Origin: a bacterium
Lineage (GTDB): Bacteria; Fidelibacterota; Fidelibacteria; Fidelibacterales; Fidelibacteraceae
DNA length: 64,000 nucleotides
Assembly (NCBI GenBank): GCA_963676395.1
Contig: OY781066.1
Coordinates: 2,240,001-2,304,000, forward strand
Direction of reading: 5' to 3'
A program made the position numbers and the translations under genes. Under the pieces are notes generated by a model that searched no databases, was not told the origin of the DNA, and worked only from the letters and a program-made list of their open reading frames with translations. Positions 1 through 8,500 of the stretch are shown here, piece by piece. The first letter of the stretch is position 1; each line of letters starts with the position of its first letter.

Positions 1-6
1 GCATTA

Positions 7-1182
7 TTGCATTTTGTTGAGCTAATATTATTTTGTGATAACATATATTTTACACAAATTGAAGGTGAAAAAACAGTTCCTCTTACTAGTAAAATAATTG
101 AATCGTTAATGAAATATGGATGTATTCCAAAAGATAATTTTAATTCTTGTATGTTAAAACCAATAAAATCGAAATATGACGATCATTATGATTTTCATGT
201 AGTCGCGGCAAATAAATGTGCAAATATATTGTATACATTAAAGAATGACAATTTGTTTAAGCAACTACCTAAGTATTTTGATTGTGCTTCTCAACCAGAT
301 GGAGTTAGAATAGACAATATATATAAATTATTAGAATCAAAAGACATTCACGAACCCATTTCTAATGAGTTTTTGTTAGAATTAATTAAGGATGATTTTG
401 TATTGGGTTCCACAAAATCAATTCTTTTTAGTAGTCGAGAATTGCAATTACAGCTAAAACAATTATATAAAAAACCAAATTTTCAATATGATTATTTATT
501 TAGAACAATGTTTAGGATTAAAGCTAATGAGGCTATAGCAAATAAGTTTAATTGCATTTATTCACCGGCACCGCAAAGAGCTATATTTGATCAAATAATC
601 TACAGATCTATATTATCAGATATGAATAAATCAATTTTATCGATCAGAAATGAATTGGGCTTGCGTAAGTATTTTGATGGAGTTTTTAAAAAATATGTTA
701 TAAGCGAGGAATATCCATTTCCTGCTCTTGTGATTGGTATTTTATTAGAGAATAAATTAAATGAACCTATAGAAATGTTGCAATGGGCTTGTAAATATCG
801 TGAGGAAAGCAATGAATTAAACAATATACGAATGTATATAAATGAACTAGAGCGTTTAAATATGACTGGAAATTATTCTGATCAAAAAAACGTTAAAGAT
901 AATATTAAAAATGTGATATATGAAGTAAGACAAAATTTAGATAATAATTTTGTTAAATCAATATTTAGATCATCTCTAAAAAATTTCTTAAGTTTGATTA
1001 ATGTTAACAATGATGGCAATATGACAGATGAAGAAATTGATAATTATTTAAGGTTATTTCGCTCAAAAAAATATGAAAAGATATTACCAACAAATTTTTT
1101 ATCAATTATTACTAATAACTTATTATCTGAGTCAGAATTAGGAGCATGGCTTTCAAGCTCCTTAAAAAGAGAAATATATTAG
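7..1182 (+). CDS. Hypothetical protein, probably 5'-truncated by the window edge; first visible gene of the AT-rich cluster
   Basis: 391-aa ORF whose frame is open back to base 1; no recognisable motif. Confidence 0.75.
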   Translation: MHFVELILFCDNIYFTQIEGEKTVPLTSKIIESLMKYGCIPKDNFNSCMLKPIKSKYDDHYDFHVVAANKCANILYTLKNDNLFKQLPKYFDCASQPDGVRIDNIYKLLESKDIHEPISNEFLLELIKDDFVLGSTKSILFSSRELQLQLKQLYKKPNFQYDYLFRTMFRIKANEAIANKFNCIYSPAPQRAIFDQIIYRSILSDMNKSILSIRNELGLRKYFDGVFKKYVISEEYPFPALVIGILLENKLNEPIEMLQWACKYREESNELNNIRMYINELERLNMTGNYSDQKNVKDNIKNVIYEVRQNLDNNFVKSIFRSSLKNFLSLINVNNDGNMTDEEIDNYLRLFRSKKYEKILPTNFLSIITNNLLSESELGAWLSSSLKREIY

Positions 1183-1229
1183 TAAAATATTATTAATATT
1201 ATTTGGAAAAATTAGATAAAGAGGTCAAA

Positions 1230-1595
1230 ATGAGAAAATTAAAATTTATAATTGATTTGGGTGATTTAGGTAACGATATCGATCCATATGAATTTCAACA
1301 GTTTTTAAAACAATCTAATTATTTGACAACTTGTAAATATTGTCATATTGACAATAAAGATGAAAACGATTTGAGAAGTAAAGATCTTTCGTTGGCAATA
1401 GAAATAACCCTATATGTGATGCCTGTAGTAGAAGGTTCTATTGATTTGATTCAGGAACTTGATGTTAATACATTTATAGATCTACTATTAAAATTAAAAG
1501 GGATTAAAGAGGGACTTGATTTTGTTAAAAATTGTATAGTTGAAGTTAAAGACAAAAATAATGGTAAAATTAGATATGTTGATAAAAAAAAATAA
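1230..1595 (+). CDS. Small hypothetical protein, tentatively EACC1-like (effector-associated constant component)
   Basis: GAGG Shine-Dalgarno before ATG 1230; ~121 aa with central hydrophobic segment LSLAIEITLYVMPVV; overlaps the start of the caspase gene. Confidence 0.5.
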   Translation: MRKLKFIIDLGDLGNDIDPYEFQQFLKQSNYLTTCKYCHIDNKDENDLRSKDLSLAIEITLYVMPVVEGSIDLIQELDVNTFIDLLLKLKGIKEGLDFVKNCIVEVKDKNNGKIRYVDKKK

Positions 1596-3378
1596 GGTAA
1601 AAGATTATGCATTTGTGTATGGAGTGAATGGTCATGAATTAAAATTTTCTGAAATAGATGCATATGATTTTGGAAAATTTTTGATGACTAAAAAATACCT
1701 TAATTATCAGGTGAAGTTTGGTGATAATTGCTATAAAAATGATTATGGTTTTCTATCACAATTCGAAGAAAGGATAAAAGATCTAGAACCTAATTCAAGG
1801 CTTTTATTTTATTTTTCTGGTCATGGTGTTTTTGAAGGAGATCCAAAACAATTTAGTTTTGAAATTGGGAGAGATGAATTTTGTTCATTTAATAGTTTGA
1901 TAAAATCAATTAAAAAATCTGAGGGTGCTTTACAAGAAATATTATTTATTTTTGATTGTTGTCATGCACATGTTATTAAACATGAAATTGAACATTTAAA
2001 TATTATAGATAGTAATAAAGCAAGAATAACTGGTGTGGATTATCAAAAGAGATATCATATACTACTTCCTACAAATTACATTAAAACAGAAACATATGAA
2101 GCATTAATAGATTCCGATAGTTCTTTTACTAAAAATATATCAAAAACAATTGATAAAATAGCTGTTGATTTTTTAAATAAAACTGGGAAAATTACAATCA
2201 AGGATATTAAAGATGCTTACCCTAATCAAAATGATCTTACTAATAGCCCTACCATTCTTGATAGCTTGAATGATGATTTTGTAATCGGTAAAATCGGAGA
2301 ACGGAAATTTGATAAAACATATATTGGTGATAGGGCTTCTCAAATAAACGAATATCTTAATGCATTCAGTGTTGCAGATAATGTTTCTAAAAAATGGACA
2401 GTTAAAGTTCCTTATGGTCCTCATAGTATAATTAAACTTCAAGGACGTTTGTCTAAAATTATAAAAGAACAAGATGAAGAATTTGAAGAATTTGATAAAA
2501 AAGCGGAAAGGAAATATTTTGATGCTATTCAAAATCCTGAATTAGCGCTAGTCAGTAACGCAATATATACATTTCCGTTTTTTATGACTCCATCAAGATT
2601 ACCGTTTTGGGGGGTAATTCCTTATGGGTATCATTTGGCACTAGGAATTTTATATAAAAAAGGCAAAAATAACATTAAATCATTTTCAGAAGAATATTTT
2701 AATAGAGAAATTGTGTTGAGATACAAATATGAACCTAGTAGTAGAGAACAAAAAGAATACAGTGCAATTAAAGATTATCATTGGATCAATGAACTTATTA
2801 ATGGAATTATAGTAAGTGATGTTAAAGGAAAGATTTATTCTAATTCTGGTTATATGTATAGTGAATTAATTCCTCTATTAATTAATTCTTCCCAGGTTGA
2901 TTTTACGCTTGAAAAATTAAATGAATATTTATATGTCATACCAGTTTCTTCAGAGCGAGTAAATAATTATATTTACCCTAAAGAATGTTTGTTAAAAAAA
3001 CATGCAATTGAAAATATTATTGTAGATTATATGGAGGGTAGAGAAAGAAATATTACCCCAACTATTAATGATATCACAATTTTTGATCTTGCACATAAAA
3101 AAAACTTAATTGAAGTACTTAAGCGCAGAGGACTAGAAGAAAGTTATGGATTAATTAGCATGTATCATAATCTCAATATACCGGTTGGTATTGGATTTAG
3201 TTTGAAATCATACAAACTGTTTCAAGATAATAGAAATTTGTGGTCAATGTTGGAAAATGAAGTTAGGGAGTTTTTTATAGAGGCACCTAATAATTGCAAA
3301 TATAATAAGCAAAGAAAAAGAAGAATATTATCGGAATTAAATGATATTGGTATTAAAATAAATTTAAATAACCATTAG
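1576..3378 (+). CDS. Caspase-like (peptidase C14) protease fused to a C-terminal type-2 periplasmic-binding-protein-like (amino-acid-binding) domain
   Basis: Caspase motifs AFVYGVN, LLFYFSGHG (catalytic His) and FIFDCCHA (catalytic Cys); C-terminal PFFMTPSR..PYGY..ALGIL, DITIFD and IPVGIGF align with the adjacent SBP; start could be 1540, 1561 or 1576. Confidence 0.85.
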   Translation: MLIKKNKVKDYAFVYGVNGHELKFSEIDAYDFGKFLMTKKYLNYQVKFGDNCYKNDYGFLSQFEERIKDLEPNSRLLFYFSGHGVFEGDPKQFSFEIGRDEFCSFNSLIKSIKKSEGALQEILFIFDCCHAHVIKHEIEHLNIIDSNKARITGVDYQKRYHILLPTNYIKTETYEALIDSDSSFTKNISKTIDKIAVDFLNKTGKITIKDIKDAYPNQNDLTNSPTILDSLNDDFVIGKIGERKFDKTYIGDRASQINEYLNAFSVADNVSKKWTVKVPYGPHSIIKLQGRLSKIIKEQDEEFEEFDKKAERKYFDAIQNPELALVSNAIYTFPFFMTPSRLPFWGVIPYGYHLALGILYKKGKNNIKSFSEEYFNREIVLRYKYEPSSREQKEYSAIKDYHWINELINGIIVSDVKGKIYSNSGYMYSELIPLLINSSQVDFTLEKLNEYLYVIPVSSERVNNYIYPKECLLKKHAIENIIVDYMEGRERNITPTINDITIFDLAHKKNLIEVLKRRGLEESYGLISMYHNLNIPVGIGFSLKSYKLFQDNRNLWSMLENEVREFFIEAPNNCKYNKQRKRRILSELNDIGIKINLNNH

Positions 3379-3395
3379 CTGTAGGAGAATTAAAT

Positions 3396-4328
3396 ATGGT
3401 TGAGTTAAAAGAAAATCTTAAAAATAATCGTATGATGAGAAATGGTCGTTTTGCTATAGTATTCTCAATAATAGCCTTTTTTATAAGTTTATTATCAATA
3501 TTAGCTTTTACTCCTAATAATAAAATATCAGATAAAAATAATTATATCGGTGTATTTCAAGAAATTAAGAAACACAAAGTATTAAAAATTGGATACGGAG
3601 GTTTCCCTCCATATACAATAGTAAATCCAAATGTTAAAAATTCTGAGGATGAAGTAACCGGGTATTCTATAGATTTAATTAAGGAGATTGCTTCACTAGC
3701 ACAACCGGAGTTGGAAATCGAATGGGTAAGATTTAGTTGGGAAACTATTCAAACTGAGTTGAATTCCGGGAAATTTGATATAATAGCAGATCCAGTATAC
3801 CAAACTATTCCTAGAGCATTTGAATTCGATTTTACAATGCCTTATGCGTATTTTGGTATTGCTGTAGGTGTGGTAAACAAAGATGATGATAGATTTAATA
3901 CATTTTCAGACTTAGATAGAGATGATATAATAATTTCACTTGCAAAAGGTTGGACAACATCTGAGTATGCTGAAAAATATCTTGATAAACCAAAATTTCA
4001 TTTTATTTCTGCAACGGGTGATGCTTTTAATCAGCTTGATGATGTGATTCTAGGGAGAGCTGATGTTGCATTAAATGATGTACCTACAGTTGTACAATAT
4101 GTAAATGCCCATTCTGATGTAGTCAAAAGCGTTTTTATAGAGAATCCACCTTCTAGCGTACCCGGCGGTTTTGTAGTAAGAAAAGGAGAAGTTGATTTAT
4201 TAAACTTTTTGAACACTTCACTATATATACTTATGGCTAATGGTACACTTGAGAGACTAGATGAAAAATGGGAAACATACCACCATATACCAATCAATAC
4301 TAAAGTACCTGGCAGTGGTATAAAATGA
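3396..4328 (+). CDS. Polar amino-acid ABC transporter substrate-binding protein (SBP family 3), N-terminal membrane anchor/signal
   Basis: LKIGYGGFPPY, GYSIDL, SGKFDII, TIPRAFEFDFTMPY, GRADVALND, GTLERLDEKW; AGGAG RBS. Confidence 0.93.
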   Translation: MVELKENLKNNRMMRNGRFAIVFSIIAFFISLLSILAFTPNNKISDKNNYIGVFQEIKKHKVLKIGYGGFPPYTIVNPNVKNSEDEVTGYSIDLIKEIASLAQPELEIEWVRFSWETIQTELNSGKFDIIADPVYQTIPRAFEFDFTMPYAYFGIAVGVVNKDDDRFNTFSDLDRDDIIISLAKGWTTSEYAEKYLDKPKFHFISATGDAFNQLDDVILGRADVALNDVPTVVQYVNAHSDVVKSVFIENPPSSVPGGFVVRKGEVDLLNFLNTSLYILMANGTLERLDEKWETYHHIPINTKVPGSGIK

Positions 4329-4340
4329 TCGGTTATATAT

Positions 4341-5015
4341 ATGCTAAATTATAATTGGGACTTTTCTTTTCTTCTCAGCTATAGAGATGCTTTCTTAAAT
4401 GGTATAGTGGTAACACTTTATGTCTCGCTTATGTCGTTTATAATTGGTACTATTGTTGGCATATTATTTGGTATGTTGATTAAATATATCAAACGGAATT
4501 ATATATTATTATTAATTAATGATGCAATTCGTGCTATACCAATGTTAGTTATGATATTTTTTGTATATTATTTTCCTTTCAAAGCATTATTGGGAATTAA
4601 TCCTCCTAATGCCTTGTATTCCTCAATTATAGCAATTAGTATAAGTCAGGCAGCTTATACCGCTGATATTGTTAGATCGGCAATAAATTCAGTATCATCC
4701 AAAACCATTCAAGGAGCCAAAGCATTAGGTCTGAAAGAAGTTGTTGTTCTTAGATATATAATTCTTCCCGATATAATTAGGCAAACGTTACCTGCGCAAA
4801 TAGCCTTTCTAATTGGCATTTTTAGATTGTCAAGTTTGGCATCAGTTATTGGTGCAAATGAAATCGTATTTGTAGCTCGTACAGCAATATCACAAAATTA
4901 TCGTTCTTTGGAGGCATGGATTGTTGTTGCAATAATTTATATTATATTAATATTGCCTTTAACATTCCTAAGTAGACGCTTAGAAAATTCAAAATGGTTA
5001 AAACGAAGATGGTAA
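4341..5015 (+). CDS. Polar amino-acid ABC transporter permease (HisM/GlnP family)
   Basis: IRAIPMLV, AAYTADIVRSAINSV, EAA-loop QGAKALGL, ILPDIIRQTLP, SSLASVIG. Confidence 0.93.
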   Translation: MLNYNWDFSFLLSYRDAFLNGIVVTLYVSLMSFIIGTIVGILFGMLIKYIKRNYILLLINDAIRAIPMLVMIFFVYYFPFKALLGINPPNALYSSIIAISISQAAYTADIVRSAINSVSSKTIQGAKALGLKEVVVLRYIILPDIIRQTLPAQIAFLIGIFRLSSLASVIGANEIVFVARTAISQNYRSLEAWIVVAIIYIILILPLTFLSRRLENSKWLKRRW

Positions 5016-5773
5016 ATAAAGAATTAATTTTAAAATGTAAGGATATTCAACATTCTTTTGGCTCGAATAAAGTTTTAAACTCATTAAACTTGGAATTGGT
5101 TAAAGGAGAAATAAAAGCAATTATTGGTGCTAGCGGTTGTGGAAAAACAACTCTATTAAAAAATATTAACTTGCTAATACCACCACAAAAGGGTGAATTG
5201 CAGTTATCAAAACAAGTTTATTTTAATAATGGTGAAATAATTTATGAACCATATGAATTATGTAGAAGTATTGGATTGGTTTTTCAGGATTTTAATTTAT
5301 TCCCGAATTTAACATGTCTAAATAACATTACTTTAGCTTTGATAAAGAATTTAGGATTTACAAAAGAAAATGCAACAGAAACATCCCTAAGAATTGCTGA
5401 AAAATTACATATACAAGATGTGCTTAAAAAGTATCCTGGGGATTTAAGTGGAGGTCAGGCTCAAAGGTTAAGCATTGCAAGAGCAATAGTACTGAAACCT
5501 AAAATATTATTGTTAGATGAGATTACTTCTGCTTTAGATCCTAATACTACACAAAATGTTATTGATGCAATAAAAGATGTTAAACTATTACTTCCAGAAT
5601 TATCAATAATTATTGTAACTCATCATATACAATTTGCTGAAAGATTTGCTGATAATATTGCATTTATGTTCGATGGTAGAATTATTGAAGAACTACCTGC
5701 GAGAGAATTTAGTACGAATTGTAAGAATTCTAAAACGCAAGAATTCGTTAAAGTGGTCGCAGGAATTCATTAA
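5009..5773 (+). CDS. Polar amino-acid ABC transporter ATP-binding protein (GlnQ family)
   Basis: Walker A GASGCGKTT, VFQDFNLFP, LSGGQAQR, LLLDEITSALDP, VTHH; alternative start 4994. Confidence 0.93.
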   Translation: MVNKELILKCKDIQHSFGSNKVLNSLNLELVKGEIKAIIGASGCGKTTLLKNINLLIPPQKGELQLSKQVYFNNGEIIYEPYELCRSIGLVFQDFNLFPNLTCLNNITLALIKNLGFTKENATETSLRIAEKLHIQDVLKKYPGDLSGGQAQRLSIARAIVLKPKILLLDEITSALDPNTTQNVIDAIKDVKLLLPELSIIIVTHHIQFAERFADNIAFMFDGRIIEELPAREFSTNCKNSKTQEFVKVVAGIH

Positions 5774-5777
5774 AAAT

Positions 5778-6800
5778 ATGTTTATTAAAATTAATAATTG
5801 TGAATTGCCTATAATTGAGAGTTTTATTGCTGATAATTCCAATAATATTTATTGTCATAATGTTTCAAGTGATGTTAGGCAAAGTAAATATTTTGATTTT
5901 ATGTGTTTTTATCTGTTTTTTATAGAATATGAGAAGAACAATATTGAAAGATATAAGGCAATACTGAAATTACTTGATACTTGCACTATTGGAAAATTTA
6001 TAGCGGGATTTCTTCAGAACATTCCAAACAATAAATTAAAAAACTATTTATCAGTTTGGCCCCAGACCAATATAGCCATTGCAGAATCTCAATTGATTAA
6101 AAATGTTTTCAAAGGAATTTTAGATGAATTTGGGAATGTCAGATATAGTCTGACAGATATTGGTACAGGAGATGGAGTGCTTTTAAAGGAAATTATTGAT
6201 ATGTTTTATGAAAAAGGCTATCCATATCTTAAAGTTACCGCAATAGATCAAAATAAAGATTTATTATCTCTTGCTATGAATGAAATCCTTAATTATAAGT
6301 CTAGTTTAAATGATTTGAATATAGTGCATGGAAACATGTTTGAAATAAAGTACGAAAAATATTTTAATAATGATGATATTAAAATAATCAATGCTTCATC
6401 GGTTCTCCATGAATTACCGAGAAGGGATAAGATTACTATGCTCGAAAAACTTAAAAAATATTCTGATATTATTGTTATATGTGAGCTTGAAAGTAATCAT
6501 GATATTGAATGTGTTGCTTGTATTCCTTTATTGTTGTCAACATATAATTTTTATAGTGCTTTAATTCATGATACTTTGGAATCTGACATAGATAGAGGTA
6601 TGTCAAAAAATTATATACTAAATTATCTCATTAAAGAACTTTTCGATATAAATACTAAGCCTTATCAAGATAGAGTTAACTATCATATGACAAAAAATCA
6701 ATGGTTAGATATATTTAGAATATGTGAATTTGATGTTAAAATACATGAAAAATCAATTTCGAATGATAAACCAAAAATTAATGTTTTCGTACTGAGGTGA
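5778..6800 (+). CDS. Class I SAM-dependent methyltransferase, bacterial GRAS-like
   Basis: SAM motif LTDIGTGDG, LKVTAID, INASSVLHEL, ELESNHD, FYSALIHD, RVNYHMTKNQW; ATG 5778 lies just after the ATPase stop (ORF track extends to 5634). Confidence 0.75.
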   Translation: MFIKINNCELPIIESFIADNSNNIYCHNVSSDVRQSKYFDFMCFYLFFIEYEKNNIERYKAILKLLDTCTIGKFIAGFLQNIPNNKLKNYLSVWPQTNIAIAESQLIKNVFKGILDEFGNVRYSLTDIGTGDGVLLKEIIDMFYEKGYPYLKVTAIDQNKDLLSLAMNEILNYKSSLNDLNIVHGNMFEIKYEKYFNNDDIKIINASSVLHELPRRDKITMLEKLKKYSDIIVICELESNHDIECVACIPLLLSTYNFYSALIHDTLESDIDRGMSKNYILNYLIKELFDINTKPYQDRVNYHMTKNQWLDIFRICEFDVKIHEKSISNDKPKINVFVLR

Positions 6801-7555
6801 AAATGGTAAGAAAGATTATTTGTTTAATTATTATGCAAATATTCGTTATAAATATTTTGTTTGCTCAAGTTAATGAGTCTTCTACAGAAATAAGTAATAA
6901 TAGCTTTCAATTTGGTGTTTCAAATTATACGGTTTCAAAATATATTCCACGATCTGGCACTCAAGTCGGGCTTGGATCGGCAAATCAAACTTTAGGTTAT
7001 TTATCATATAAAAACCTAACCATATATTTTTGGATGAATTATGGATTCCCGGATGAAACGATAACTGAATTTGATTATGGAATTGAGTACAAACATAATC
7101 TTTATTCAGATACTCATTTAGGTGAAATCAGTATAGTGGGTGGTGCACACAAGTATATTTTTCCTGTAGCCCAATTGAACAACTTTATATTAGAAGGAAA
7201 AATACTTTATAATGGTATTTTAAAAACAGATATTCTCTATACGCATTGTTTTAGAAGTAATAACGTTGATTCAGGAAGTAGAATTTATATTGAATTGCGA
7301 AAACCAGTAATATTATTTGATAAATCATTTCAAATTCAATTAATTCCATTAATGTCAAGTGCATATCATTGGGGTTTTTATGGTTGGGAAAAGTGGGGGC
7401 AATTAACTGCTGGAATCAAGTCAAAGTTTGTTTTCGATAATATCTCTATAATTGCATACGCAAATTATCAATATAGTTCAGATGATATTAGTATAGGGCA
7501 TGTAACTGAAAAGTTATTCCCATATTTTGGAATTGGAATAGAATATAATAAATAA
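6797..7555 (+). CDS. Outer-membrane beta-barrel protein, TorF / TIGR02001-like putative porin
   Basis: Signal peptide (..ILFAQ), VSKYIPRSG, TEFDYGIEY, alternating beta-strand pattern, C-terminal YFGIGIEY; GTGA overlap with upstream stop. Confidence 0.6.
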   Translation: MKMVRKIICLIIMQIFVINILFAQVNESSTEISNNSFQFGVSNYTVSKYIPRSGTQVGLGSANQTLGYLSYKNLTIYFWMNYGFPDETITEFDYGIEYKHNLYSDTHLGEISIVGGAHKYIFPVAQLNNFILEGKILYNGILKTDILYTHCFRSNNVDSGSRIYIELRKPVILFDKSFQIQLIPLMSSAYHWGFYGWEKWGQLTAGIKSKFVFDNISIIAYANYQYSSDDISIGHVTEKLFPYFGIGIEYNK

Positions 7556-7583
7556 CTTGGGAACAAAACGATAAGGATAAAAA

Positions 7584-8363
7584 ATGGAAACAAAATATAA
7601 AATACATATTGGATATATATTTGCTATTCTCTTAGCAGTAATAGTTTATTTATCTGTTAAAGATTTTTCAAGTAATCCTGAATTAGTTGATTATATTTCA
7701 TTTGCGTCAACTGTCGCATCTTTAATTCTTGCTCTATTAGCAATTATTTATTCTTTTGTTTCGAATAATGCACTTTCGAAAAATATCGGAATTATTAATG
7801 AAGCAACAACAAATTTAAAAGAGAATTCTGATAGTCTAGATAGAGTATCAAAAGTTATTATTCATGAAATTCCTAATGCGATAAAAGAAATGGATCAAAA
7901 ACTAGATAGTACGCAAAACCTTGTCAATAATTTAGGATTAAATGATGAAAATGATAAGATTTCTCCCCATAAAAATTCAACATCAAAACTTACTATGGTG
8001 CAAAAGTTTATAGATGTGTCATCATTAACAGGATTATTTTTGATTTATGCGGTGTTTTTAGCGAATTATAAAAGTTTACCATTAAATATTGAAGAAATAG
8101 CTGTTGAGATTGGTCAGAGTAACGACGAATATGTATGGGGGTATTTTGTTGCATCTTCTTCCGCGGGGTTATTTGATTTTAATGCTAAGGATAAAGTATG
8201 TAACATTAAAACTATCCATTCTGAAATTAAAAAAGATGACCTAATTGAAAAAATTTCACTTAGAGGAAAAGAAATAGAAAGAAAAATTAAAGCGGATAAT
8301 CCCGATTCATCATATAGTTGGAAAAATAAATTTGAAGCAATTGAAAAGTATTTTGAAGATTGA
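7584..8363 (+). CDS. Hypothetical membrane protein (two N-terminal TM helices, coiled coil, C-terminal domain)
   Basis: Two hydrophobic helices, then heptad-like region; AAGGA RBS. Confidence 0.75.
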   Translation: METKYKIHIGYIFAILLAVIVYLSVKDFSSNPELVDYISFASTVASLILALLAIIYSFVSNNALSKNIGIINEATTNLKENSDSLDRVSKVIIHEIPNAIKEMDQKLDSTQNLVNNLGLNDENDKISPHKNSTSKLTMVQKFIDVSSLTGLFLIYAVFLANYKSLPLNIEEIAVEIGQSNDEYVWGYFVASSSAGLFDFNAKDKVCNIKTIHSEIKKDDLIEKISLRGKEIERKIKADNPDSSYSWKNKFEAIEKYFED

Positions 8364-8388
8364 TCTTAATTTCTTTGCTGATTAAATT

Positions 8389-8421
8389 AAAAAGGCTCCA
8401 AACTCTGGAGCCTCTTCGTTT
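8389..8421. terminator. Likely bidirectional intrinsic terminator between convergent genes
   Basis: AAAAA-GGCTCCA-aactc-TGGAGCC-tcttcgtttt. Confidence 0.6.
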
Positions 8422-8500
8422 TAAATATGATTTTTTATTTTACTTCATTCTGTAAGCATTATCCTCTACTTCACTCCTTCGGAGCTTCGAAGTGCAAGCC

